Shown piece after piece: positions 1 to 8,430 of a DNA stretch of 38,519 nucleotides (position 1 is its first letter; each line of letters begins with the position of its first letter). The stretch is from the NCBI GenBank assembly GCA_964562675.1, contig CAZLUG010000005.1, positions 1 to 38,519 of the forward strand, read 5' to 3'. The translations under genes were made by a program, and so were the position numbers. This DNA is from an uncultured Candidatus Saccharibacteria bacterium (GTDB lineage: Bacteria > Patescibacteriota > Minisyncoccia > Minisyncoccales > CG1-02-41-26). The notes under the pieces are model-generated. The model had not been told where the DNA came from, did not search any database, and saw only the letters and a program-made list of their open reading frames with translations.

Positions 1-1
1 A

Positions 2-82
2 AAATTAATTAGTTTAGTAGTAAAAAAAGTTAAGGAAAAATTTGGGATAAATCTTCAAAAAGAAATAAAATATTTAAAATAA
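2..82 (+). CDS. 3' end of a gene cut by the window edge (...KLISLVVKKVKEKFGINLQKEIKYLK*); weakly MurB-C-terminus-like
   Basis: Frame 2 is open from the window edge to TAA at 80-82. The ending VKEKFGI.L..E resembles, from memory only, C-termini of UDP-N-acetylenolpyruvoylglucosamine reductases. Too short to be sure. Confidence 0.25.
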   Translation, partial: KLISLVVKKVKEKFGINLQKEIKYLK

Positions 83-259
83 AAACTTCTTAAAATAAAA
101 AAATCTCTCAACCTATACACTACTTGAAAAAAATAGGGGTTGACAAAAAATTTTATAATGAGAAAATATAATAATTACAAAAGAAATTTTGTAGCAAATA
201 GTAAATTTTTTAGGCAAGAGGTCGGCTATTTGCAAAATTATTCTTCGTGACATTTTAAA

Positions 260-352
260 ATGGTTAAGAAAAAGAAGACTACAAAAAAGAAGAAGACCGC
301 TAAGAAGAAAACTGCTAAGAAGAAGACCGCTAAAAAAAGAAAGAAGAGATAA
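260..352 (+). CDS. 30-aa poly-lysine micro-protein or leader peptide (MVKKKKTTKKKKTAKKKTAKKKTAKKRKKR)
   Basis: ATG 260-262 to TAA 350-352, below the ORF-track size cutoff. 18 Lys and 2 Arg out of 30 residues, with tandem TAKKK units. 13 of 18 Lys codons are AAG, which breaks up poly(A) runs. A strong intrinsic terminator lies 18 nt downstream. Confidence 0.45.
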   Translation: MVKKKKTTKKKKTAKKKTAKKKTAKKRKKR

Positions 353-370
353 TTTCTATTGAGTGAATGC

Positions 371-398
371 AACCCTGTCTCAAGGCAGGGTTGTTTTT
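371..398 (+). terminator. Rho-independent terminator after the K-rich micro-ORF
   Basis: AACCCTG (371-377) and CAGGGTT (386-392) form a perfect 7-bp stem with an 8-nt loop, followed by GTTTTTAT. Confidence 0.75.
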
Positions 399-408
399 AT
401 CTGTATTC

Positions 409-437
409 TTGCAACATTACCGATTTTGTTTTATAAT
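409..437 (+). promoter_or_regulatory. sigma70-type promoter for hpf
   Basis: TTGCAA (409-414), 17-nt spacer, TATAAT (432-437). It sits about 46 nt upstream of the hpf ATG and directly after the terminator. Confidence 0.55.
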
Positions 438-483
438 AAAAGGACTTATTTCTTCATGATCTAAATTTAAACAGATAAGTTAT

Positions 484-852
484 ATGAAGATAATTATTAA
501 AAAAACTAAAATAACATTAACTCCCGCTCTCGTTAATTTTTTAAAAGTTAAATTGGCCAAAGTAGAAAAATTTCTGCCAGATAATTTAAAAAAAGAATTG
601 CCTACAGAGCTTTTTGTTGAGCTCGGGAAACCTTCATTACATCACCTTAAGGGAGATGTTTTTTATGCGGAGCTGCAATTAACTCTGCCGGGAAAAGTTT
701 TGTTGCGCGCGAAATCAAAACAGAGTGATTTGAGAAAAGCAATTCTTGAAGCTCAGGAAAAAATTATTCGGCAACTAGAGAAATACAAAGAAAAAAATCT
801 TGAAAATAAAAATAAGGAGCAAAAAAATACTGAGGGAAATTTTGAAAAATAA
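484..852 (+). CDS. hpf: ribosome hibernation promoting factor / RaiA family, short form
   Basis: 122 aa. RaiA/HPF-like layout (KITLTPALVNFLKVKLAKVEKF ... VFYAELQLTLPGKVLLRAKSKQSDLRKAILEAQEKIIRQLEKYKEK). Lacks the long-HPF C-terminal dimerisation domain. Confidence 0.88.
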   Translation: MKIIIKKTKITLTPALVNFLKVKLAKVEKFLPDNLKKELPTELFVELGKPSLHHLKGDVFYAELQLTLPGKVLLRAKSKQSDLRKAILEAQEKIIRQLEKYKEKNLENKNKEQKNTEGNFEK

Positions 853-910
853 ATAGGATTTTCAACAAGAGGAGAAAGAATTTCCTCTATATTCATATTG
901 TTAAGATAAT

Positions 911-3418
911 ATGTCGTTTTTATCTAAAATTTTTGGCGACCCAAACAAAAAATATCTAAAGCAAGTTCAGCCTCTAGTTGATAAAATAAATTTGCTTGAA
1001 CCACGGTTTGAGAAAATTTCGGATGAAGAAATTCGGGAAAACACAAAGAAACTTAAAGAAAGAATAGAAAAAAAAGAATCTCTAGAAAATATTTTGCCGG
1101 AAGCTTTTGCTTTGGGCAGAGAAGCAGCTAAACGCACTTTGCATCAGCGCCATTTTGATGTTCAGCTTATTGGAGGAATAGTTTTGCATCAAGGAAAAAT
1201 TGCTCAGATGTTGACCGGAGAAGGAAAAACTTTAGCAGCTACTCTTCCTGCTTATTTAAATGCTTTAACCGGCAAGGGGGTGCATATTGTGACGGTTAAC
1301 GACTATTTAGCGCGCAGAGATACTGTTTGGATGGGACAAATTTATCATCTTTTAGGATTAAAGGTGAGTTGCTTAAACCACGAACAATCGTTTATTTACG
1401 ACCAAAATTACCGTCATCCAGGAGAGGAGGAAAAAAAGATCCAAGACGAACTGGGAAGCTTTAAAGTAGTGCAGGATTTTTTAAGGCCATGTTCGCGACG
1501 TGAAGCGTATTTAGCTGATATTACTTATGGTACCAATAGCGAATTTGGCTTTGATTACCTTAGAGACAACATGGTTTATAATTTGAAGGACCAAGTGCAA
1601 AGAGGATTTAATTATGCCATCATTGATGAAGTGGATTCTATATTGATTGATGAAGCAAGGACTCCTTTAATTATCTCCCAGCCGGATTTTGAGTCTTCGA
1701 AAATGTATAAAGAGTTTGCTCATATTATTCCCCGCTTGAAAGAAAATGAAGATTATAACATTGATGAGAAAATGAAAGTGGCAACCTTAACTGAAGAGGG
1801 GATTGATAAAATAGAGAAAATTTTAAAAGTTGGTAATATCTACGACACTAAAGGAATGCGTTATTTGCATCACTTAGAACAATCCTTAAAAGCAAAAGCT
1901 CTTTTCCAGCGTGACCGAGACTATATTGTGAAGAACGGGAAAGTGATTATTATAGATGAATTTACCGGTCGTCTTTTGCCCGGGCGGAGATATTCTGGAG
2001 GATTGCATCAAGCTATTGAAGCGAAAGAAGGAGTAGCGGTACAGCCGGAGTCGCAGACTTTAGCGACTATTACTTTCCAGAATTACTTTCGGATGTATGA
2101 AAAATTAGCCGGAATGACAGGAACAGCCGTGAGCTCTGCTGAGGAATTTGATAAAGTTTATAATATGCAGGTGGTTATAGTACCCACCAACAAGCCTCTT
2201 CAGCGAAAGAATTTGCCAGACAGAATTTACAAAACCGAAAGGGCGAAGTTTAGAGCTGTAGTTGAAGAGATTGAAAAAAGGCATAAATTGGGCCAGCCTA
2301 TTTTGGTAGGGACACGCTCTGTGGAAAAGAACGAATATCTTGGCAAACTTTTAGATATTAAAGGAGTGCCTTGCCACATCTTAAATGCAAAACACCACGA
2401 ACAAGAGGGAGAAATTATTGCTCAGGCTGGTGAATTTGGCCGGGTGACCGTGGCTACTAATATGGCCGGCCGGGGGGTAGACATTGTGCTTGGGGGCAAC
2501 CCTCCTAATCCTGAAGAGGCAAGAAAGGTAAGAGAGTTAGGCGGCCTGCATGTTATTGGTACAGAACGCCACGAAGCTCGGCGGATTGATAACCAATTAC
2601 GGGGAAGAGCGGGAAGGCAGGGCGATCCTGGATCATCGCAATTCTTTGTTTCTCTGGAAGATGAATTGTTAAGAGTTTTCGGTGGAGAAAGGATTAAAGC
2701 TCTTATGGAAACTTTAAAAGTTCCCGAGGATACGCCGATTGAATCAAGACTTATCTCTCTTGCCATTGAAAAAGCCCAAACCCGGGTGGAGGGGCTGAAT
2801 TTTGATTTGAGAAAGCATATTTTAGAGTACGACGATGTGTTGCTCCGCCACCGAGATGTTTTATACAAAAGAAGAGCAGAAATACTTAAAGCCGCAGAAA
2901 AGGGAGAACTTAAGTCCCAAATTTTGAATCTCGTCTCAAAAGAAATTAAAAGAATTATTGACTTCCATTGCCAATCCCCGAGAGTGGGGGATTGGAACAT
3001 TGAAGAAATTTTTGAAGAAATAAAAACCATTTTTCCAATTTCAGATGAAGTGCATTTTCAACTGAGCAAAATAGCTAAAAAATCAATGCCGGTTGAAGAT
3101 TTGAAAAAAGAGCTTAGCCAATTTTTAATTGATTTAGCAGAGAAAATTTACGCTTTAAAAGAAGAGAAAGAGGGGAGAGAAAATACAAAAGAGGTCGAAA
3201 AAGTTATTTGTTTAAATAATCTAGACTTCCTTTGGCGCAACCACTTAGAAAACATGGAACATTTGAGGGACTCAGTGAACCTAAGAACTTATGGAGGAAG
3301 GGACCCACTTGTTGAATATAAAACAGAGGGCCATAAGATGTTTCGAGAGCTTCTTTTGCAATTGGATTCAAACATTGTGCGAACGATTTTCAAGTTAACG
3401 GTTAAAGAAGGAGCCTAG
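911..3418 (+). CDS. secA: preprotein translocase ATPase SecA
   Basis: 835 aa. Diagnostic motifs MLTGEGKTLAATLPAYLNAL (Walker A), IIDEVDSILIDEARTPLIIS (DEAD-like), TNMAGRGVDI and GRAGRQGDPG. Confidence 0.98.
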   Translation: MSFLSKIFGDPNKKYLKQVQPLVDKINLLEPRFEKISDEEIRENTKKLKERIEKKESLENILPEAFALGREAAKRTLHQRHFDVQLIGGIVLHQGKIAQMLTGEGKTLAATLPAYLNALTGKGVHIVTVNDYLARRDTVWMGQIYHLLGLKVSCLNHEQSFIYDQNYRHPGEEEKKIQDELGSFKVVQDFLRPCSRREAYLADITYGTNSEFGFDYLRDNMVYNLKDQVQRGFNYAIIDEVDSILIDEARTPLIISQPDFESSKMYKEFAHIIPRLKENEDYNIDEKMKVATLTEEGIDKIEKILKVGNIYDTKGMRYLHHLEQSLKAKALFQRDRDYIVKNGKVIIIDEFTGRLLPGRRYSGGLHQAIEAKEGVAVQPESQTLATITFQNYFRMYEKLAGMTGTAVSSAEEFDKVYNMQVVIVPTNKPLQRKNLPDRIYKTERAKFRAVVEEIEKRHKLGQPILVGTRSVEKNEYLGKLLDIKGVPCHILNAKHHEQEGEIIAQAGEFGRVTVATNMAGRGVDIVLGGNPPNPEEARKVRELGGLHVIGTERHEARRIDNQLRGRAGRQGDPGSSQFFVSLEDELLRVFGGERIKALMETLKVPEDTPIESRLISLAIEKAQTRVEGLNFDLRKHILEYDDVLLRHRDVLYKRRAEILKAAEKGELKSQILNLVSKEIKRIIDFHCQSPRVGDWNIEEIFEEIKTIFPISDEVHFQLSKIAKKSMPVEDLKKELSQFLIDLAEKIYALKEEKEGRENTKEVEKVICLNNLDFLWRNHLENMEHLRDSVNLRTYGGRDPLVEYKTEGHKMFRELLLQLDSNIVRTIFKLTVKEGA

Positions 3419-3529
3419 TTATTAGAGAATTTTTATTAATAATACTGCTATTAATTGTTTTACGGCCCAGAAGGACTATGAAATTTGCCATAAGGCGGTT
3501 TTTATTGTATGATGTAAAAATCTTAAATT

Positions 3530-4924
3530 ATGCTTAAAGAGAATATTTCGGCAAGTTTATTTTTAATCATCGTTCTAGCTTTTTTTGCGCTAAACTTTGT
3601 TTACCCAAATTTTTTGAATGAGGGGATTGATTTTTTAAATTCGCAGTTTGCTCTCCACCTCCCTCATTTTTGGCAGAAACCTTTTAGCTTAGGGCTTGAT
3701 TTACAAGGAGGAACTCACTTAGTTTATGAGGCTGATTTATCAAAGATAAATTCTAAGGAAAAATCAGATACAATGGCTGGGCTGAGGGATGTGCTTGAAA
3801 GAAGAGTTAATCTTTTTGGGGTGCGAGAACCAGTAGTCAGAACCGAGGAAGCAGCCGGGCATTACCGTTTGGTGATTGAATTACCGGGGGTTAAAGATGT
3901 TAAACAAGCTATCAAAATGATAGGGAAAACTCCTTATCTTGAATTTAAGTCAGAAAGAAGCCCAGAAGAAACAAAAGCAATTTTGGCCAAACAAAAAGAG
4001 ATTAAGGGGTTATCTCCAGAAGCAATGAAGAAGGTGAAAGATTATCAATTGGCTTTTCAAGACCCTTATTTTAAACCGACAAAACTTACCGGCCGATATT
4101 TAAAGACGGCGCAATTAACCTTTAACCAAACAACTTTTGAACCGGAAGTTTCGCTCGATTTTAATGCCGAAGGGGCGCAAGTGTTTAAAGAACTTACAAC
4201 TAAAAATATAGGCAAAAAATTAGCTATTTATATCGATAACAGTTTAATTTCTGCTCCGGTAGTCAGAGAAGCAATTCCTAATGGGAAAGCCGAAATTTCA
4301 GGCAATTTTACGGTTAAAGAGGCAAGAAATTTAGCCCAAAACCTTCAAGCGGGAGCTTTACCGGTGCCCATAAAGCTTATTTCCCAGAGAACAATTGGGC
4401 CTACTTTGGGTAAGATTTCTCTCGATAAATCTTGGCAGGCCGCTTTATTTGGGTTTTTGGGAATAGTGATATTTATGATAATTTTCTACCGCTTGGCGGG
4501 AGTGGTTGCTTCTTTTGCCTTGATTATTTATGCGGGCACTTTGTTAAGTTTATTTAAACTGATTCCTGTTACTTTAACGTTGGCCGGCATTGGCGGAGCG
4601 GTCCTTTCAATTGGCATGGCGGTTGATGCTAATGTCTTAATTTTTGAGCGGATGAAAGAAGAGAGAAAAAAAGGAGAAGATTTTTCGAGAGCGCTTTCTG
4701 AAGGGTTTCACCGGGCTTGGCCTTCTATTAGAGACAGCAATCTTACTACTTTGATTGTGGCTTTCATTATGTTTGGAGTTGGGACAAGCTTTGTGAAAGG
4801 GTTTGCGGTTACCTTAAGCATAGGTATTTTGATAAGTATGTTTTCGGCTATCTTCGTGACAAGGGTATTTTTGATGTGCTTTATTGGCAAGAAAGTTTCC
4901 AAGATAAAATGGCTTTGGGGTTAG
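3530..4924 (+). CDS. secD: protein translocase subunit SecD
   Basis: 464 aa. N-terminal TM helix, periplasmic domain with LGLDLQGGTHLVYEAD, and a C-terminal 5-TM bundle (AGIGGAVLSIGMAVDANVLIFERMKEE). Confidence 0.95.
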   Translation: MLKENISASLFLIIVLAFFALNFVYPNFLNEGIDFLNSQFALHLPHFWQKPFSLGLDLQGGTHLVYEADLSKINSKEKSDTMAGLRDVLERRVNLFGVREPVVRTEEAAGHYRLVIELPGVKDVKQAIKMIGKTPYLEFKSERSPEETKAILAKQKEIKGLSPEAMKKVKDYQLAFQDPYFKPTKLTGRYLKTAQLTFNQTTFEPEVSLDFNAEGAQVFKELTTKNIGKKLAIYIDNSLISAPVVREAIPNGKAEISGNFTVKEARNLAQNLQAGALPVPIKLISQRTIGPTLGKISLDKSWQAALFGFLGIVIFMIIFYRLAGVVASFALIIYAGTLLSLFKLIPVTLTLAGIGGAVLSIGMAVDANVLIFERMKEERKKGEDFSRALSEGFHRAWPSIRDSNLTTLIVAFIMFGVGTSFVKGFAVTLSIGILISMFSAIFVTRVFLMCFIGKKVSKIKWLWG

Positions 4925-4982
4925 ATGAGCAGATGATTTATTGCTGAGTAATATTTTCAAGCACTTGACCATTATTAATTAT

Positions 4983-5891
4983 ATGTATTTTCCATTCATT
5001 AAATATCGCAGAATTTTTTACATCTTTTCGGGTACTTTGGTTACCTTATCTTTAGTAAGCATTATTATCTTTGGTTTAAAGTTTGGTATTGATTTTACCG
5101 GCGGCAGTGTTTTAGGAATTAAATATGAACAGCAAGCTCCAAGCTTTACGCAGATTAAAACAGCGCTTCAACCTCTTAAGTTGGGGACAATAACTTTGAA
5201 AAAAGATGGAGAAAATGGAGTGATTTTAAGAATGAAGAATATTTCGGAAAGTACTCACGAAGCGGTTATGGAGAAACTTCAAAATCTTGGGAAATTAGAA
5301 AAAGGTTCCTCAAATTTTGAAAATATCGGTCCAATAGTTGGAAACGAACTGAAGCAAAAAACAAAATTTGTAGTTCTTCTCTGTATTATCTCTATTATTC
5401 TTTATGTAGCTTTTGCTTTTCGGAGAGTCTCTAAACCGGTGAATTCTTTTATTTATGGTTTTACCAGTCTCGTTGCTCTAGGACATGATATTATTATTCC
5501 CTTGGGTGTATTTTCACTTTTAGGAGAACTTTATGGAGTTCAAGTTACGGTGCCGGTCATCACGGCTCTTTTAACAGTTTTTGGTTATTCTATCAATGAT
5601 TCAGTGGTCGTTTTTGATAGAGTGCGAGAAAATATCTTAAAATCCCAGGAGCCAACTTTTGATTTAGTGGTGGATAAAAGTTTAAATCAGACTATTACGC
5701 GTTCCTTGAACACTTCTTTGACCACCTTAATTGTCCTTTTCTCGATTTTCTTTTTTGGCGGGGTGACGCTGAGATATTTTTCGCTGGCTTTAATTTTAGG
5801 AATCTCTTTTGGCACTTATTCTTCATTATTTTTAGCTACTCCGCTTTTAGTGTCTTACCTCAAGAGGAAGGAAAGAAAGATGCAATCTTGA
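4983..5891 (+). CDS. secF: protein translocase subunit SecF
   Basis: The ORF is open from TTG 4941, but ATG 4983 gives the typical SecF N-terminus (MYFPFIKYRRIFYIFSG...GIDFTGG). Contains GYSINDSVVVFDRVREN. Directly follows secD. Confidence 0.93.
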   Translation: MYFPFIKYRRIFYIFSGTLVTLSLVSIIIFGLKFGIDFTGGSVLGIKYEQQAPSFTQIKTALQPLKLGTITLKKDGENGVILRMKNISESTHEAVMEKLQNLGKLEKGSSNFENIGPIVGNELKQKTKFVVLLCIISIILYVAFAFRRVSKPVNSFIYGFTSLVALGHDIIIPLGVFSLLGELYGVQVTVPVITALLTVFGYSINDSVVVFDRVRENILKSQEPTFDLVVDKSLNQTITRSLNTSLTTLIVLFSIFFFGGVTLRYFSLALILGISFGTYSSLFLATPLLVSYLKRKERKMQS

Positions 5892-5916
5892 CAAACCGTT
5901 GATATTTTGTTTTAAT
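5888..5916 (+). promoter_or_regulatory. candidate promoter for the 5925 gene, overlapping the secF stop codon
   Basis: TTGACA (5888-5893, containing the secF TGA at 5889-5891), 17-nt spacer whose last 3 nt (5908-5910) are TGt, an extended -10 element, then TTTAAT (5911-5916). Only 8 nt lie between the -10 box and ATG 5925. Confidence 0.35.
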
Positions 5917-5924
5917 GCAAGAAT

Positions 5925-6977
5925 ATGTTAAAACTTGATTATCCAAAAATTTATAACAGCATCGTTCAAGATTTACCAACTCACCGAAAAGAAGTTTTGG
6001 AGAGAAGGTTTGGTTTAGGTAAATTTCCTCAGAGAGAAACTCTCCAATCAATTGGAAATCGATTTGGGGTTACACGTGAAAGAATTCGCCAGATAGAGAA
6101 GAATAACTTAGAATTGCTGGCTAAAAGAAGCAGAAACGAAAAACTGAAAGAACTTTTTTCGTATTTTGAAAATTATCTTTCAAAACGAGGGGGTTTTCGA
6201 AGAGAAGATTTGCTTTTAGACGACTTAGCAGGTGGAGAGAACCATAACTATATTTATTTCTTTTTGAACTTTGCCCCTAAATTTTCTCGTTTTTTAGAAA
6301 CGGAAGATTATTATACTTTTTGGAGTTACAAGAAAAGTATCGAAGAAAAAATTAGAAACCTCTTACAAGATCTTTTAGATAAACTTCAAGACAAGGGCAG
6401 GCCGTTGGAAATCGAAGAATTGGGGAAGTTTTATCCTCGATTTACTTCCGTCCGCCTTTTCTCTTTAATTGAGGTGGCAAAAAGGATTGAAAAGGGGATA
6501 GATGGAAAATATGGGTTAATTGATTGGCCGGAAATTCTTCCAAAAACTGCTCGTGATAAAATTTATATTATTTTAAAAAGGACAGGCAAACCTCTCCATT
6601 TTACAAAGATTGCTGAGCTGTGCAATAATTTGAATAGTGAATTAAATATCCCTCATTTACATTCCAAGAGAAAAATTTTACCGCAAACAGCCCATAATGA
6701 GCTTATTAGAGATGAAAGATTTGTCTTGGTCGGACGTGGTCTTTACGCTCTTAAAGAATGGGGCTACCAACCTGGGACAGTCTTTGAAGTTGTTCAACGC
6801 ATTCTCAAAAATAGCCAGCGTCCTCTTTCACAGGAAGAAATTTTAAACTTAGTACGCAAACAAAGAATTGTGAAAGAAAATACAATATTGCTTGCGTTAA
6901 ACAACAAAGATAATTTCTTCAGAGACCAAGAGGGAAGATATAGAATTAAAACTCATAGGTCTTCTCGGTCTCTCTGA
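5925..6977 (+). CDS. sigma-70 region-4 HTH plus C-terminal HARE-HTH domain protein (not a complete sigma factor)
   Basis: 350 aa. The N-terminus EVLERRFGL...ETLQSIGNRFGVTRERIRQIEKNNLELL matches sigma-70 region 4.2. The C-terminus (IYIILKRTGKPLHFTKIAELCN ... FVLVGRGLYALKEWGY) looks like the HARE-HTH of the RNAP delta subunit. No region 2 is present. Confidence 0.75.
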   Translation: MLKLDYPKIYNSIVQDLPTHRKEVLERRFGLGKFPQRETLQSIGNRFGVTRERIRQIEKNNLELLAKRSRNEKLKELFSYFENYLSKRGGFRREDLLLDDLAGGENHNYIYFFLNFAPKFSRFLETEDYYTFWSYKKSIEEKIRNLLQDLLDKLQDKGRPLEIEELGKFYPRFTSVRLFSLIEVAKRIEKGIDGKYGLIDWPEILPKTARDKIYIILKRTGKPLHFTKIAELCNNLNSELNIPHLHSKRKILPQTAHNELIRDERFVLVGRGLYALKEWGYQPGTVFEVVQRILKNSQRPLSQEEILNLVRKQRIVKENTILLALNNKDNFFRDQEGRYRIKTHRSSRSL

Positions 6978-7014
6978 GGGAAATTTTTTCTTAGTTACCT
7001 AGGCCAATAATTTT

Positions 7015-8304
7015 ATGGAGACTTATACTCCGTTAGTGATTATTCTTTCTTCACTTTTAGGTTTTCTCATTAATGTTTTAAAAGCTTGGTGGTGGATTTT
7101 GCCGCCGTTGATTTTAATTGAACCTTTAAAATTTCTTTACCTTTGGTATATTCGGCAGAAATGGGCGCAAGGAATCCATTACATTGTTCTGGAAATAAAA
7201 TTTCCGCGGGAAATAGAACGTCCCTTTAAAGCCATGGAGCAGGTTATGGCTAATTTTTGGACCTTATATGACCCGCCGAATTGGAAAGAAAAATGGATTC
7301 TCGGACATTTTCTCTTAAGTTTTGCCATGGAAATAGTAAGTATTGGCGGGGAAATTCATTTTCTTTTGAGGGTGCCAAAAAGTTTGCGGGATATGTTTGA
7401 AAGACCTATTTATTCTCAATATCCTGATGCAGAAATTTCCCAGGTTGAAGACTATGCCAAAAAGGTTCCTCAAAATATTCCTAATAAGGATTGGGATTTA
7501 TTTGGCTGGGATTTTCAATTAATCAGAGACAGTTGCTACCCCATCAAAACTTATTCAATGTTTTTTGAAGAAAATCCATCCCTGAAAGAAGAAAAACGCT
7601 TAAGCCCATTAACTTCTCTTTTAGAAGGAATGGCGGCTCTTAAATCCGATGAACAGCTGTGGTTTCAAATTATTGCCAAGCCCATTTTAAACGAAGTTCC
7701 TTGGATGACCCAAGGGAAAGAAACCATTGCTAAACTTGTTCATCGGCCTCCGAAGCCTCAGCCAAAGTCTATTATTGGAGAGGCAACTAATATTCTTATT
7801 GGAGGCGCGCCGAGCAAGGAAGAAGAAAAAAAAGAGGAAATCATTCCTCCGGAAATGCGTTTAACTCCTGGAGAAAGGGAAGTGGTTTCCGCCATTGAGA
7901 ATAAAATTTCCAAGCAGGGCTTTGAAACAAATATTAGAATGATTTACTTAGCTGAAAAGAAAGACTTTTTCAAACCGCGGGTTAAAATTCCTCTCAACTT
8001 TTCAGTGAGCGTTTCAACAATGAACCTTAACGGCTTTAAGCCCTGGAAACAAACTATGGCAAGAGTTGTAAAACCGGCTTTTTTTCGGGGGATTAAACTT
8101 TATAAGCGGAAAAGAAGATTATTCCGCCACTATGTTCACCGCTGGCCCCCGATGTTTCCTCGAAGCGGCGGAACTTTTGTTTTAAATACCGAAGAACTTG
8201 CCACTTTGTATCACTTCCCTAGCGAAGAAGCTGCTCCGACTGCTAATCTTGCCCGGATAGAAGCAAGGAAAGGAAGCGCACCGAGTAATCTTCCGGTAGA
8301 ATAA
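7015..8304 (+). CDS. membrane-anchored protein of unknown function (two N-terminal TM helices plus ~380-aa cytoplasmic part)
   Basis: 429 aa. Hydrophobic hairpin TPLVIILSSLLGFLINVL / WWILPPLILIEPLKFLYLWYI. Pro/Lys and Glu/Lys linkers (HRPPKPQPKS, SKEEEKKEEIIPPE). Basic patch KLYKRKRRLFRHYVHRWPP. C-terminal LNTEELATLYHFPSEE. I recognise no family. Confidence 0.8.
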   Translation: METYTPLVIILSSLLGFLINVLKAWWWILPPLILIEPLKFLYLWYIRQKWAQGIHYIVLEIKFPREIERPFKAMEQVMANFWTLYDPPNWKEKWILGHFLLSFAMEIVSIGGEIHFLLRVPKSLRDMFERPIYSQYPDAEISQVEDYAKKVPQNIPNKDWDLFGWDFQLIRDSCYPIKTYSMFFEENPSLKEEKRLSPLTSLLEGMAALKSDEQLWFQIIAKPILNEVPWMTQGKETIAKLVHRPPKPQPKSIIGEATNILIGGAPSKEEEKKEEIIPPEMRLTPGEREVVSAIENKISKQGFETNIRMIYLAEKKDFFKPRVKIPLNFSVSVSTMNLNGFKPWKQTMARVVKPAFFRGIKLYKRKRRLFRHYVHRWPPMFPRSGGTFVLNTEELATLYHFPSEEAAPTANLARIEARKGSAPSNLPVE

Positions 8305-8430
8305 AAATTTAAATTTGCTGGCAAAAAATACAATGATTTATCTTTAGAAAATTGATGTAATACTTGATAAGATAAGAATCATAATTTTTGGATTTTTAGA
8401 TTATTAGAGCCAAGAACTTAGTTAGAGGAT

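Noticed and set aside
140-172. TTGACAAA (140-147) with TATAAT boxes at 154-159 and 167-172, as a promoter for the K-rich micro-ORF.
   Set aside because: The spacers are 8 nt and 21 nt, neither compatible with a sigma70-type promoter. A real promoter probably exists in 83-259 but I cannot place it.
2422-3030. 202-aa ORF on the minus strand inside secA.
   Set aside because: It is antisense to the most conserved, relatively GC-rich part of secA. The sequence is low-complexity and S/P/R-rich with no recognisable motifs, a typical shadow ORF.
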